A stretch of DNA of 64,000 nt from an uncultured bacterium (GCA_964516845.1 CAZEXP010000005.1:1030-65029), one strand, 5' to 3'. Counted from the first letter of the stretch, positions 50,647 to 61,674 are shown. Made by a program: numbers and translations. The notes: generated from the sequence alone by a model not told the origin.

Positions 50647-51660
50647 GTGGGTTCGAGCAGGATCGAGATGGGCAGACTGAACGAGCTTCTCGGTGGTTTC
50701 GGCGACCGACGCGTTGCGATCCTGGGCGACGCGATGCTGGATCGCTACATATGGGGTGAGGTCAACAGGATCTCGCCCGAGGCTCCGGTCCCGGTCGTCG
50801 AGGTGCGCGACGAGACCATCCGGTTCGGCGGCGCGGCGAATGTGGCGGAGAACGTCGCAGCGCTGGGCGCGACAGCGGATGTCATCGGTGTGGTCGGGGA
50901 CGATGATCACGGCAGAGACCTCATGGGCCGTCTGGGGGCGCGCGGGGTCGGCGTCGGGCACCTTCTGACGGTCGACGGTCGACCGACGACCACTAAGACC
51001 CGGATCATCGCGCATAACCAGCAGATCGTGCGCGCCGACCGGGAGCATGCTCACGCGCTGGCCGAGGCGGCGGAGGACTCGCTCATCAAGTCGCTTCGCG
51101 AGGTCGTGCCGGTGTCGGACGTGCTCATCATCTCGGATTACGGGAAGGGAGTCGTCAGCGAGCGGACGCTCGAGGCGGCGCTCGGTGCTGCGCGAGACGG
51201 GGAGACGAAGGTCTGCGTCGACCCGAAGGAATCACACTTCTCCCGATACCTTGGAGTGACCGCGATCACGCCGAACCTCAAGGAGGCGGCGGGCGCCGTG
51301 GGATACGCGATGAGCAGCGATGACGATCTGCTCCGCGGGGGCTGGGAACTGCGCGAGCGACTGGACGCGGAGTGTGTCATCGTCACGCGCGGTGAACATG
51401 GCATGTCGCTGTTCATGCGGGGCGGCGAGTACGCGTACCTGCCGACGGTGGCTCGAGAGGTCTTCGATGTCACCGGCGCCGGCGATACGGTCGTCAGCGT
51501 TCTCGGCGTGGCGCTCGCGGCCGGTGCCTCGATGGTTGAGGCCGCGATGATCGCGAACCACGCTGCCGGTATCGTCATCCGGGAGATCGGCACGGCGTCG
51601 ATCACCGTTGACGAGATCCGTTGTTCATTCGAAGAACTCGAGGAGGTCGCCGGTGGGTAG
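50647..51660 (+). CDS. rfaE1: D-glycero-beta-D-manno-heptose-7-phosphate kinase
   Basis: RISPEAPVPV, GGAANVA, SDYGKG, VDPK and DVTGAGDTV motifs. Confidence 0.95.
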   Translation: MGSSRIEMGRLNELLGGFGDRRVAILGDAMLDRYIWGEVNRISPEAPVPVVEVRDETIRFGGAANVAENVAALGATADVIGVVGDDDHGRDLMGRLGARGVGVGHLLTVDGRPTTTKTRIIAHNQQIVRADREHAHALAEAAEDSLIKSLREVVPVSDVLIISDYGKGVVSERTLEAALGAARDGETKVCVDPKESHFSRYLGVTAITPNLKEAAGAVGYAMSSDDDLLRGGWELRERLDAECVIVTRGEHGMSLFMRGGEYAYLPTVAREVFDVTGAGDTVVSVLGVALAAGASMVEAAMIANHAAGIVIREIGTASITVDEIRCSFEELEEVAGG

Positions 51661-52144
51661 AGTGGTGTCGCGGGAAGAACTGTCGGCGGCGTGCGAGTCG
51701 GCGCGGCAGGCCGGCCGAACGGTCGTCTTCTCGAACGGGTGCTTCGACATCCTCCACCATGGGCACGTTGACTACCTCGCCAGGGCGAAGGCGCTTGGAG
51801 ATATTCTCGTCGTCGGTGTCAACACGGACGACTCGGTCCGCCGCCTCAAGGGACCAAGGCGCCCTATCGTCCCTGAGGACGACAGGGCGGCCGTCGTAGC
51901 CGCGCTCGGGGTCGTCGACTACGTGTGTCTTTTTCCTGAAGATACTCCCTACGAACTCATCGTAAGCATCACCCCTCACGTTCTCGTCAAGGGTGCCGGT
52001 TACTCCCGGGACACCATCGTTGGCGCGGACGTGGTCGAGGAAGCAGGTGGGCGGGTCGTGGCGATGGAGGCGCTTGAGGGCCACTCAACCCGCGGGATCG
52101 TCGCCCGTATTCACTCGCTCGGGGAGGATCGTCCGGAGGACTGA
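51653..52144 (+). CDS. rfaE2: D-glycero-beta-D-manno-heptose-1-phosphate adenylyltransferase
   Basis: FSNGCFDILHHGHVDYL, VGVNTDDSVRRLKG and VLVKG motifs. Confidence 0.95.
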   Translation: MGRVVSREELSAACESARQAGRTVVFSNGCFDILHHGHVDYLARAKALGDILVVGVNTDDSVRRLKGPRRPIVPEDDRAAVVAALGVVDYVCLFPEDTPYELIVSITPHVLVKGAGYSRDTIVGADVVEEAGGRVVAMEALEGHSTRGIVARIHSLGEDRPED

Positions 52145-52206
52145 CCGACTGCCCGCCGTTCGGGCGCGTTCAGGCGCCCTGAGGGTACGGAATGTTCCTT
52201 TGAGGG

Positions 52207-52235
52207 TGGACTCAGTTGAGGCGTTGGCGTATACT
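52207..52235 (+). promoter_or_regulatory. Candidate sigma70 promoter for the arcE-suc-kor-ndk-bfu operon
   Basis: TGGACT, 17-nt spacer, TATACT; would leave a ~220-nt leader. Confidence 0.55.
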
Positions 52236-52463
52236 CGCAGTCTTGTTTGCTTCGGGCCATCGGTCCGTGGCATGCGGTCGGCGGACCGGCCTGCCGGATG
52301 AACGACGGGCGTGCTCGCTGGCCTCTTTGATGACCTGGATCCCCCAGACAAGTGCGCTCCCCCGGGAGCGAGGCTGATGGGGGATTCGTGTGCGATGGCC
52401 GGGTGCGTCGCGGCCTTGTGGTGACGCAACGAAGCAACCTCGGCAACACCTGAGGGAGGATGA

Positions 52464-53774
52464 ATGGAGAGGCGACGAGTCATCATCATGGGCGCCGCTG
52501 GAAGAGACTTTCACAATTTCAATCTGGTCTATCGCGGTCACAAGGAATTCGAGGTCGTCGCGTTCACGGCCACGCAGATCCCGGACATCGACGGTCGAGC
52601 GTATCCGACCGTGCTAGCCGGTGAGCTCTACCCGAACGGGATCCCTATCCTCGCCGAAGAGGACCTTCCGAAGCTCATCAAGGAGCACAACGTCGACGAC
52701 GTCGTGTTCGCCTACAGCGACGTGTCTCACGAGTACGTGATGCACAAGGCATCGCTCGTCAACGCGTGCGGCGCGAACTTCCTGCTCCTGGGCGCGCACG
52801 AGACGATGATCAAGTCGAAGAAGCCCGTCATATCGATCTGCGCAACGCGCACGGGGTGCGGCAAGAGCCAGACGACGCGCCGCATTGCCGAGATCCTGCT
52901 CGAGGCGGGCAAGAAGGTCGTGGCCATCCGGCATCCGATGCCGTACGGCGACCTCAGCAAGCAGATCTGGCAGCGTTTCGCCAAGTACGACGACATGCTC
53001 AAGCACAAGTGCACGATCGAGGAGATGGAGGAGTACGAGCCGCACATCGACCGCGGCAACGTCGTCTACGCCGGTGTGGACTACGGCAGGATCCTCGAGG
53101 AGGCCGAGAAGGAGGCCGACGTCATTCTTTGGGACGGCGGCAACAACGACGCATCGTTCTACGCGTCGGACCTCTACATCGTCGTCGCCGACCCGCACCG
53201 TGCTGCGCACGGCCTGACGTACTACCCCGGCGAGCAGAACCTCCGGATGGCCGACGTGGTCATCATCAACAAGGAGGACTCTGCGACGCAGGCTCAGATC
53301 GATGAGATGGTCGACGTGATCAAGAGTCTCAACGACTCCGCCGTCATCATTCATGCCGATTCGCCCGTCACCTTCGAGGAGAACGTCGACCTCAAGGGCA
53401 AGCGCGTCCTCGTCGTCGAGGACGGGCCGACGCTCACGCACGGCGGCATGAAGATCGGCGCGGGCACTGTGGCCGCGGAGCGCGCCGGAGCCATTCTGGT
53501 CGACGCGCGCGAGCACGCCACCGGCAAGATCCGCGAGATGTACGAGAAGTACCCGCACATCGGCACGCTGCTGCCGGCCGCCGGGTACTCGGATGAGCAG
53601 ATCGCCGATCTGGAGAAGACGATCAACGCCGTGGACTGCGACTACGTCGTCGTCGGCACGCCGATCGATCTCCGCAAGGTCGTCAACATCAAGAGGCCGA
53701 GCGTTCGTGTCCGTTACGAACTCGGGGTGAAGGGCAGCCCGACGCTCGTGGATGTGCTCAAGGACTTCGTGTAG
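52464..53774 (+). CDS. COG2403 P-loop protein, likely arginine synthetase (ArcE-type); often annotated cyclic-2,3-diphosphoglycerate synthase
   Basis: VIIMGAAGRDFHNFN, VVAFTATQIP, RTGCGKSQTTR, RHPMPYG, CTIEEMEEYEPH, WDGGNND and EDGPTLTHG motifs. Confidence 0.75.
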   Translation: MERRRVIIMGAAGRDFHNFNLVYRGHKEFEVVAFTATQIPDIDGRAYPTVLAGELYPNGIPILAEEDLPKLIKEHNVDDVVFAYSDVSHEYVMHKASLVNACGANFLLLGAHETMIKSKKPVISICATRTGCGKSQTTRRIAEILLEAGKKVVAIRHPMPYGDLSKQIWQRFAKYDDMLKHKCTIEEMEEYEPHIDRGNVVYAGVDYGRILEEAEKEADVILWDGGNNDASFYASDLYIVVADPHRAAHGLTYYPGEQNLRMADVVIINKEDSATQAQIDEMVDVIKSLNDSAVIIHADSPVTFEENVDLKGKRVLVVEDGPTLTHGGMKIGAGTVAAERAGAILVDAREHATGKIREMYEKYPHIGTLLPAAGYSDEQIADLEKTINAVDCDYVVVGTPIDLRKVVNIKRPSVRVRYELGVKGSPTLVDVLKDFV

Positions 53775-53801
53775 ATCCCGCTTCGGGGTCAGGAGGATCA
53801 C

Positions 53802-54937
<1,136 letters not shown>

Positions 54938-54941
<4 letters not shown>

Positions 54942-55810
54942 GCATCTTCATCGATGAGAGAACGCGCGTCTGCGTCCAGGGGATGACCGGTCGGGACGGC
55001 TCGTTCCACACGGGAGCGATGATCGAGTACGGTACGCATGTCGTGGCGGGCGTCACGCCCGGGAAGGGCGGACAGAACCTCGGCGGCGTTCCGGTATTCA
55101 ATACGGTCCGCGAGGCGGTCGTCGAGACCGGCGCCAACGCCACGATCATCTTCGTCCCCGCGAGATTCGCGGCCGACGCGGCGCTCGAGGCCGCGGAGTC
55201 GGGTGTCGAACTCATCGTATTCATCACGGAGGGCGTTCCTACGCTCGACGCGATGCGGCTCTACCAGCGGACGAAGGAACTCGGGGTGAGGATGATCGGT
55301 CCCAACTGCCCCGGTCTCATCAGTCCGGGGAAGGCGAAGCTCGGGATCATGCCGGGCGCGATCCATACGCGCGGGCAGATAGGCGTTGTCTCCCGGAGCG
55401 GAACGCTGACGTATGAGGTCGTCGACAGCCTCAGGCGCGGTGGCGTCGGGCAGTCGACCGTCATCGGTATCGGGGGAGACCCGATCATCGGGACGACGTT
55501 CATCGACACGCTCGAGGCATTCGAGAAGGACGAGGGAACTACGGCCGTCGTCCTCATCGGTGAGATAGGCGGAACCGATGAGGAGCAGGCGGCGGAGTTC
55601 ATCAGGGAACACATGACGAAGCCGGTCGTCGGTTTCATCGCCGGGCGGACGGCGCCCCCGGGACGCAGGATGGGTCACGCGGGAGCCATCATCGCGGGCG
55701 GCAGAGGGACGGCCGAGGAGAAGATCAAGGCGCTATCGGACGCCGGCGTACCGGTCGCGGACCGGCCGAGCGAGATCCCCGGACTCCTCCGGGCGACGCT
55801 TGGGAGGTAG
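54938..55810 (+). CDS. sucD: Succinyl-CoA synthetase alpha subunit
   Basis: [30 protein letters not shown] and RMGHAGAII (phospho-His) motifs. Confidence 0.97.
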
Positions 55811-55811
55811 C

Positions 55812-56123
55812 ATGGAGAAGAATGCGGCGAAGGCCGCACCGCGGAGAGCCTGGAACTACCCCGCTCGGGATGAGCACCCCGAGAGAGAGGTCTTCGTATA
55901 CGACGCGTGGTGTAAGGGCTGCGGGCTCTGCTACGAGTTCTGTCCGACGGGCGTGTTCACGTCGGACCGCACCGGTCGCCCCGTCGTGTCGAATCCCGAC
56001 AAGTGCATCTCGTGCTATCTCTGCGAGAAGCTCTGTCCCGACATGGCGATCACTGTCTACAAGGAACGCAAGAAGAAGAGCGTCGAGGCACCGAACGGCG
56101 CCGCCGGCGGGGAGGGGTCCTGA
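55812..56123 (+). CDS. 2x[4Fe-4S] ferredoxin-like delta subunit of 2-oxoacid:ferredoxin oxidoreductase
   Basis: WCKGCGLCYEFCP and CISCYLCEKLCPDMAI motifs. Confidence 0.9.
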   Translation: MEKNAAKAAPRRAWNYPARDEHPEREVFVYDAWCKGCGLCYEFCPTGVFTSDRTGRPVVSNPDKCISCYLCEKLCPDMAITVYKERKKKSVEAPNGAAGGEGS

Positions 56124-56124
56124 C

Positions 56125-57276
56125 ATGTCCGCAAACCGGAGCAAGGACGTCAAGGTCCTCCAGGGGAACGAGGCCTGTGCCATTGGAGCGGTCGCGGCCG
56201 GCGTGAACTTCTTCGCGGGCTATCCGATCACACCGTCCTCCGAGGTCGCCGAGTTCATGGCGCGGCATCTCCCGCTGATCGGTGGCAGGTTCATCCAGAT
56301 GGAGGACGAGATCGCCTCGATCGCCGCGATCATCGGCGCGTCGATCGCGGGTTCGCGGTCGATGACGGCGACGAGCGGTCCGGGTTTCTCGCTCATGCAG
56401 GAGAACATCGGTCTCGCCTGTCTCGCGGAGATCCCGTGCGTCATCGTCAACGTGATGCGCGCGGGGCCCTCGACCGGTCTGCCGACGCAGCCGGCGCAGG
56501 CGGACGTCATGCAGGCGCGCTGGGGAACGCACGGCGATCACTCGATCATCGCGCTGGCCCCTTCGACCGTGCTCGAGTGTATCGAGCTGACGGTCCAGTG
56601 CGTCAGTCTCTCGGAGAAGTACCGGACGCCCACTCTGCTGCTGCTCGATGAGGTCATCGGGCACATGCGCGAGAGCGTCACGCTGCCGGCTCCCGGGTCG
56701 TACCACTGCGAGAGCCGCAGAACGCCGGACCCGGACCTGGCCGACTACTGCCCGGCCGCGTGCGAGGGGGACGAGGTAGCGCCGCTGGGGCGCTTCGGCG
56801 GCCCGCACCGCTTCCACGTCACGGGTCTGACGCACGACCCGCACGGGTTCCCGACGATGGTGCCCTCCGAGGTCGATCGGAAGATCCACTGGATCGTCGA
56901 CAAGATCGAGTCGCGCGCCGACGAACTCGCCATGAACGATGAGTTCATGACGGACGACTGCGACGTCCTCCTTTTCGCATACGGATCGACCGCGCGCGTC
57001 GCGAAAGCGTCCGTGCGGGAGCTCCGGGAGCAGGGTGTGAAGGCGGGGCTTCTCAGGGTGAAGACCATCTGGCCGTTCTCGAGCAAGCGACTGGGCGAGC
57101 TCGCCCCGCAGCTTCGGGGCATCGTCGTTCCCGAAATGAACATGGGACAGCTCGTGCTCGAGGTCGAGCGGGCCATCTGTGGCAGGACGCCGGTCAGGCA
57201 TCTCGGTCGCGTCGACGGCAGGCTGTTCACGCCCGATCAGATAACCGACTTTGTCACGGAGGAACTGAGCGCATGA
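56125..57276 (+). CDS. 2-oxoacid:ferredoxin oxidoreductase alpha subunit (KorA-like)
   Basis: GNEA, FAGYPITPSSE, QMEDEIAS, TATSGPGFSLMQE and RAGPSTGLPT motifs; true start is ATG 56125. Confidence 0.95.
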   Translation: MSANRSKDVKVLQGNEACAIGAVAAGVNFFAGYPITPSSEVAEFMARHLPLIGGRFIQMEDEIASIAAIIGASIAGSRSMTATSGPGFSLMQENIGLACLAEIPCVIVNVMRAGPSTGLPTQPAQADVMQARWGTHGDHSIIALAPSTVLECIELTVQCVSLSEKYRTPTLLLLDEVIGHMRESVTLPAPGSYHCESRRTPDPDLADYCPAACEGDEVAPLGRFGGPHRFHVTGLTHDPHGFPTMVPSEVDRKIHWIVDKIESRADELAMNDEFMTDDCDVLLFAYGSTARVAKASVRELREQGVKAGLLRVKTIWPFSSKRLGELAPQLRGIVVPEMNMGQLVLEVERAICGRTPVRHLGRVDGRLFTPDQITDFVTEELSA

Positions 57277-58178
57277 GCCAGGCGATAGAGACAGCGCGGA
57301 CGTATCTCAAGCCGCACAAGAAGCTGCCGACGGTCTGGTGCGGGGGCTGCGGCCTCGGCGTCATCATGAGCAGTTTTCTACGGGTGATCTCGAAGATGGA
57401 GATCCCGAAGAACGACATCGCGACCGTGTCCGGCATCGGGTGCACCGGTCGCATGCCGACCTATGTTGATTCGAACACACTGCACACGACACACGGGCGG
57501 GCGCTCGCGTTCGCGACGGGCGTGAAGCTTGCCAACCCGAAGCTCACCGTTATCACGGTGATGGGAGACGGCGACGCGCTGGCGATCGGCGGCAACCATT
57601 TCATTCATGCGTGCCGTCGCAATATCGATATCACCGCGATCGTCGCGAACAACTGCATCTACGGCATGACCGGGGGGCAGTACTCCCCGACGACGCCGCA
57701 CGGCAAGCGCGGCACGACAGCGCCGTACGGCAACGTGGAGCATGAGTTCGACGCATCAAGGCTGGCTGCCGGCGCGGGCGCATCGTTCGTGGCCCGGACA
57801 TCCGTCTATCACGTCCGTGAGCTTGACAAGCTCATCGAGCAGGCGATCAGGCATCGCGGGTTCTCGGTCGTCGAGGTAATGAGCAACTGCTATACGAGCT
57901 ACGGAAGGCTGAACAACTACAAGTCGCCGGTGGACATGTTCCGGTGGATGAAGAACAGCTCGGTGACGCTCAGGCAGGCCGAGGGGATGTCGCCGGAGGA
58001 ACTCGAGGGCAAGTTCACACGCGGTGTGTTCGTGGAGAATTACATGCCCGAGTTCATCCAGGTGTACGATGAACTCGCGGAGCGGTTGACGAGCGACTCG
58101 GCGAGCGCAGCGGCACATCTGCGGGAGACCGTCGAGCGGTACGAGCGACTGGGAGACCGACTGAAGGCAGTCGGCTAG
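57273..58178 (+). CDS. 2-oxoacid:ferredoxin oxidoreductase beta subunit (TPP-binding)
   Basis: WCGGCG, SGIGC, HGRA and GDGD...NN..YGMTGGQ motifs. Confidence 0.95.
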   Translation: MSQAIETARTYLKPHKKLPTVWCGGCGLGVIMSSFLRVISKMEIPKNDIATVSGIGCTGRMPTYVDSNTLHTTHGRALAFATGVKLANPKLTVITVMGDGDALAIGGNHFIHACRRNIDITAIVANNCIYGMTGGQYSPTTPHGKRGTTAPYGNVEHEFDASRLAAGAGASFVARTSVYHVRELDKLIEQAIRHRGFSVVEVMSNCYTSYGRLNNYKSPVDMFRWMKNSSVTLRQAEGMSPEELEGKFTRGVFVENYMPEFIQVYDELAERLTSDSASAAAHLRETVERYERLGDRLKAVG

Positions 58179-58245
58179 CGTCTGTCGGCGAAGCGGCCGC
58201 CTCAGGGCCCGTGGGCCGGGGCGGCTCAGCAGCGAGGGTGCACAC

Positions 58246-58806
58246 GTGACGAAGAGTGGGGGAAGGTTCGAGGTTCGCCTCTCGGGGTCCGGTGGTCAGG
58301 GGCTGATGTTGGCCGGGAAGCTCCTGGCGGAGGCGTCGTCCGTCTACGATGGCAAGAACACGGTGCAGACGCAGAGCTACGGACCGGAGGCTCGCGGCGG
58401 CAAGAGCAAGACCGATGTTGTGATCTCGACCGAGGAGATCGACTACCCGAAAGCGACGAAGGTCGACGTTCTCCTGGCGATGACGCAGGTGGCGGCCGAC
58501 GAGTATGCCGACTCTCTCAAGGACGGCGGACTGATGATCGTCGACTCCTATCTCGTTGAGACGGTCAGTCGCGACGGAGCCATCCATATCCCGTTCACGA
58601 TGCTTGCGGTCGAGCACTGCGGCAGGATGCTGTTCGCGAACGTTGTCGCGCTGGGAGCGATTGTCGAACTGACGGGCGTCGTCGAGTGGGAGAGCCTGTC
58701 GAAGGCGGTCATGGCCCGCGTGCCGGAGGGCACCGAGGAACTCAACCAGAAGGCGCTGGACGTCGGGCGCGAGGCAGCAGTGAAGGCAAGGGAGAAAGCC
58801 AATTGA
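58246..58806 (+). CDS. 2-oxoacid:ferredoxin oxidoreductase gamma subunit
   Basis: SGSGGQG, QSYGPEARGG and NVVALGA motifs. Confidence 0.93.
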   Translation: MTKSGGRFEVRLSGSGGQGLMLAGKLLAEASSVYDGKNTVQTQSYGPEARGGKSKTDVVISTEEIDYPKATKVDVLLAMTQVAADEYADSLKDGGLMIVDSYLVETVSRDGAIHIPFTMLAVEHCGRMLFANVVALGAIVELTGVVEWESLSKAVMARVPEGTEELNQKALDVGREAAVKAREKAN

Positions 58807-59228
58807 CGGACAGAACGTTCCTGATGGTCAAGCCGCGCGCCGTGCGTGAAGGGCTGACAGGTCCGATCCTCGCAGAACTCGAGAAGGGTGGATTTCGCAT
58901 CATCGGACTTGCGTCCCGCGGGCTCACCAGCGACGAGGCGCACATCTTCTATGATGTCCACGTGGGCAAGCCGTTCTTCGACACGCTCCTCGAGTTCGTG
59001 ACCTCCGGCATGACGGTCGGCGTGCTGCTCGAGGCGCCGGATGCGGTGCCGGCGCTCCGCGCGTTCGTCGGCGCGACCGATCCGGAGAAGGCGGAGCCCG
59101 GGACGATCAGAGCGACATACGGCAGGAGCCTTACGCAGAACGCGGTGCACGCTTCGGACTCGCCCGAGCGTGTCACACACGAGTCTGCGATCCACTTCGG
59201 CGATTGCCCGAGGACGATAGTAGCGTAG
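58803..59228 (+). CDS. ndk: Nucleoside diphosphate kinase
   Basis: TTG start overlaps the previous TGA; HVGKPFF, GAT...PGTIRA and NAVHASDS motifs. Confidence 0.92.
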   Translation: MTDRTFLMVKPRAVREGLTGPILAELEKGGFRIIGLASRGLTSDEAHIFYDVHVGKPFFDTLLEFVTSGMTVGVLLEAPDAVPALRAFVGATDPEKAEPGTIRATYGRSLTQNAVHASDSPERVTHESAIHFGDCPRTIVA

Positions 59229-59257
59229 CTCCCCCCGGGGGAGAGCGCGGAGGGACA

Positions 59258-59749
59258 ATGGAGAACACGGTGGTTCAGGACGGGGCGATGGCCGGATTCC
59301 TCGAGGCGGCGGACGAGGTCGCCGCGGAGTATGTGGGCCGACGCGGGAGCGTCATCCCCGTACTTCAGAAGGTTCAGGAGCGCATCGGATACCTGCCGCC
59401 CGAGGTCATGAAGCGCATCGGTGAGCGGCTCGGTGTCCCGCCGGCTCAGATCTTCGGTGTCGCCAGCTTCTACGCGCAGTTTCGGATGGAACCCGTCGGC
59501 CGGTACATCGTCAAGGTCTGCCACGGGACCGCGTGCCACGTACAGGGAGCGGGCACCATCACGGACGCGATCTGTGATGAACTCGGTGTGGCCGATGGCG
59601 CGACGACCGAGGACGGGAAGTTCACGGTGGAATCGGTCGCCTGCCTCGGATGCTGCAGTCTCGCGCCTGTTATCATGGTCGAGGGCAAGACCTACGGCCG
59701 GCTGACGCCGGACGAGGCGCGCAAGATCGTCAGGGAGTACGGCGACTGA
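59258..59749 (+). CDS. NuoE/HydC-like [2Fe-2S] subunit (Bfu-family C subunit)
   Basis: IPVLQKVQERIGYLP, VASFYAQF, VCHGTACH and VACLGCCSLAPV motifs. Confidence 0.93.
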   Translation: MENTVVQDGAMAGFLEAADEVAAEYVGRRGSVIPVLQKVQERIGYLPPEVMKRIGERLGVPPAQIFGVASFYAQFRMEPVGRYIVKVCHGTACHVQGAGTITDAICDELGVADGATTEDGKFTVESVACLGCCSLAPVIMVEGKTYGRLTPDEARKIVREYGD

Positions 59750-59789
59750 GAAGCGTTGCACGCCCCGGGAGTGCTCCCGGGGGCGCGGC

Positions 59790-61613
59790 GTGAAGCGACA
59801 CATACGATTCACCCGGAGAGAGATGATGGCGAAGACAGGCGCGACCGTTGAGGTCACCGTCGGGCTCTCGAGCTGCGGCATTGCCGCGGGGGCGGCCGAC
59901 GTCTTCAGCGCGTTCCAGCGGGAGTTCGAGGAGAAGGGTGTGGACGCCCGCCTCCGGCGCACCGGATGTGTCGGCATGTGCTACCGGGAGCCGATCGTCG
60001 ACATCGTGACCCGTGGGGGCGCGAAGTACACGTACGGAGGGATCACCGCGGACCAGGTGGGACGGGTCGTGGAGGAGCACGTCGTCGGCGGGAAGCCGAT
60101 CGACGAGTGGCTGGTGCGCGCGGATGACAGAGAGCTTCCCGACGAGTCGTACTACTCGCAGCAGGTCCGCCTCGTTCTTCGCAACGCCGGCGTCATCGAT
60201 CCGGAGTCGATCGACGAGTACATCGAGGTCGGCGGCTACGCGGCGCTCACGAAGGTCATCAAGGAGATGTCACCGGACGGCGTCATTGAGGAGATCAAGG
60301 CTTCCGGCCTCCGCGGCCGCGGAGGCGCGGGCTTCCCGACCGGGATCAAGTGGGGTCTCGCCAAGAAGGCGCAGGGCGACGAGAAGTACGTCATCGTCAA
60401 CGCCGACGAAGGCGATCCGGGCGCTTTCATGGACCGGAGCATACTCGAGGGTGATCCGCACGCGGTCCTCGAGGGACTCGTGATCGCGGCGTACACCATC
60501 GGCGCGCAGGAAGGCTACTTCTACGTCCGCGCCGAGTACCCGCTCGCGATCAAGCGTCTGAGGATCGCCATCGAGGACGCGACCGAACGCGGCTATGTCG
60601 GCGAGAACATCCTCGACTCCGGCTTCTCCTTCAACGTGCACATCAAGGAGGGCGCCGGGGCATTCGTCTGCGGCGAGGAGACGGCGCTCATCGCGTCCAT
60701 CGAGGGGCAGCGCGGCATGCCGCGGCTCCGTCCCCCGTATCCGGCGGTCAAGGGTCTCTGGGGCAAGCCGACGAACAACAACAACGTCGAGACCTACGCG
60801 AACATCCCGTGGATCATCGCCAACGGTGCGGCCGCCTACGCCGCGTACGGCACCGAGACGAGCAAGGGAACCAAGGTCTTCGCGCTCGCGGGGAAGATCA
60901 CGCGCGGCGGACTCGTCGAGGTCCCGATGGGGCTGACGATCCGGCAGGTCATCGAAGAGGTCGGCGGGGGCGTCCCCGAGGGGCGTTCGTTCAAGGCCGT
61001 TCAGCTCGGCGGTCCGTCGGGCGGATGCGTGCCGACCGAGTTCATGGACATTCCTATCGACTACGAGTCGATCACGAAGACGGGCGCCATCATGGGGTCG
61101 GGCGGCATGGTCGTCATGGACGACTCGACGTGCATGGTCGATATCGCCCGGTTCTTCCTGAACTTCACGCAGGACGAGAGCTGCGGGAAGTGCACATTCT
61201 GTCGCGTCGGGACGAAGCGGATGCTCGAGATCCTCGAACGCATCACATCGGGCGAGGGGCGCGAGGGCGACATCGAGCTCCTCGTCGAACTCGGAGAGAA
61301 GATCATCAGCTCGTCGCTCTGCGGTCTCGGACAGTCGGCCCCGAATCCGGTCCTGACGACCATCAAGTACTTCCGGGATGAGTACGAGGCACACATCAAC
61401 GAGAAGCGATGCCCCGCGCTGTCGTGCAAGGCGCTGATCACCTACGAGATCGATCCCGACAAATGCATCGGGTGCACCGTTTGCGCGAAGAAGTGTCCGG
61501 TCGGCGCGATCACCGGCGAGCGCAAGAAGACACACACGATCGACCACGACCTCTGCACCAAGTGCGACGCCTGCAGACAGGCATGCAAGTTCGACGCCGT
61601 GACGGTCCGCTAG
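59790..61613 (+). CDS. NuoF/HydB-like FMN/NADH subunit (Bfu-family B subunit)
   Basis: N-terminal thioredoxin-like Fe-S domain, GLRGRGGAGFP, ADEGDPGAFMDR, GAFVCGEET, SCGKCTFCR and a C-terminal 2x[4Fe-4S] domain; the start may be 59823. Confidence 0.94.
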   Translation: MKRHIRFTRREMMAKTGATVEVTVGLSSCGIAAGAADVFSAFQREFEEKGVDARLRRTGCVGMCYREPIVDIVTRGGAKYTYGGITADQVGRVVEEHVVGGKPIDEWLVRADDRELPDESYYSQQVRLVLRNAGVIDPESIDEYIEVGGYAALTKVIKEMSPDGVIEEIKASGLRGRGGAGFPTGIKWGLAKKAQGDEKYVIVNADEGDPGAFMDRSILEGDPHAVLEGLVIAAYTIGAQEGYFYVRAEYPLAIKRLRIAIEDATERGYVGENILDSGFSFNVHIKEGAGAFVCGEETALIASIEGQRGMPRLRPPYPAVKGLWGKPTNNNNVETYANIPWIIANGAAAYAAYGTETSKGTKVFALAGKITRGGLVEVPMGLTIRQVIEEVGGGVPEGRSFKAVQLGGPSGGCVPTEFMDIPIDYESITKTGAIMGSGGMVVMDDSTCMVDIARFFLNFTQDESCGKCTFCRVGTKRMLEILERITSGEGREGDIELLVELGEKIISSSLCGLGQSAPNPVLTTIKYFRDEYEAHINEKRCPALSCKALITYEIDPDKCIGCTVCAKKCPVGAITGERKKTHTIDHDLCTKCDACRQACKFDAVTVR

Positions 61614-61622
61614 CTTCGTCGA

Positions 61623-61645
61623 CGGGGTCCGTGCCACGGACCCCG
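61623..61645 (+). other. Intra-operon GC hairpin
   Basis: CGGGGTCCGT-gcc-ACGGACCCCG. Confidence 0.6.
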
Positions 61646-61674
61646 CGGGAACCGGCTTCCAGGAGAGTTCAAAC

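Noticed and set aside
55822-56124. N-terminal extension of the KorA ORF
   Set aside because: It overlaps the ferredoxin delta gene; the start is ATG 56125.
58803-59228. Ndk inactivation suggested by KPD to KPR
   Set aside because: The catalytic His (HASDS) and the Lys, Arg, Thr and Asn residues are retained; probably a tolerated variant.
59258-61613. Respiratory complex I (nuoEF) or [FeFe]-hydrogenase
   Set aside because: There are no membrane nuo genes, the B subunit has extra Fe-S domains, and the A subunit has GltD rather than H-cluster motifs.
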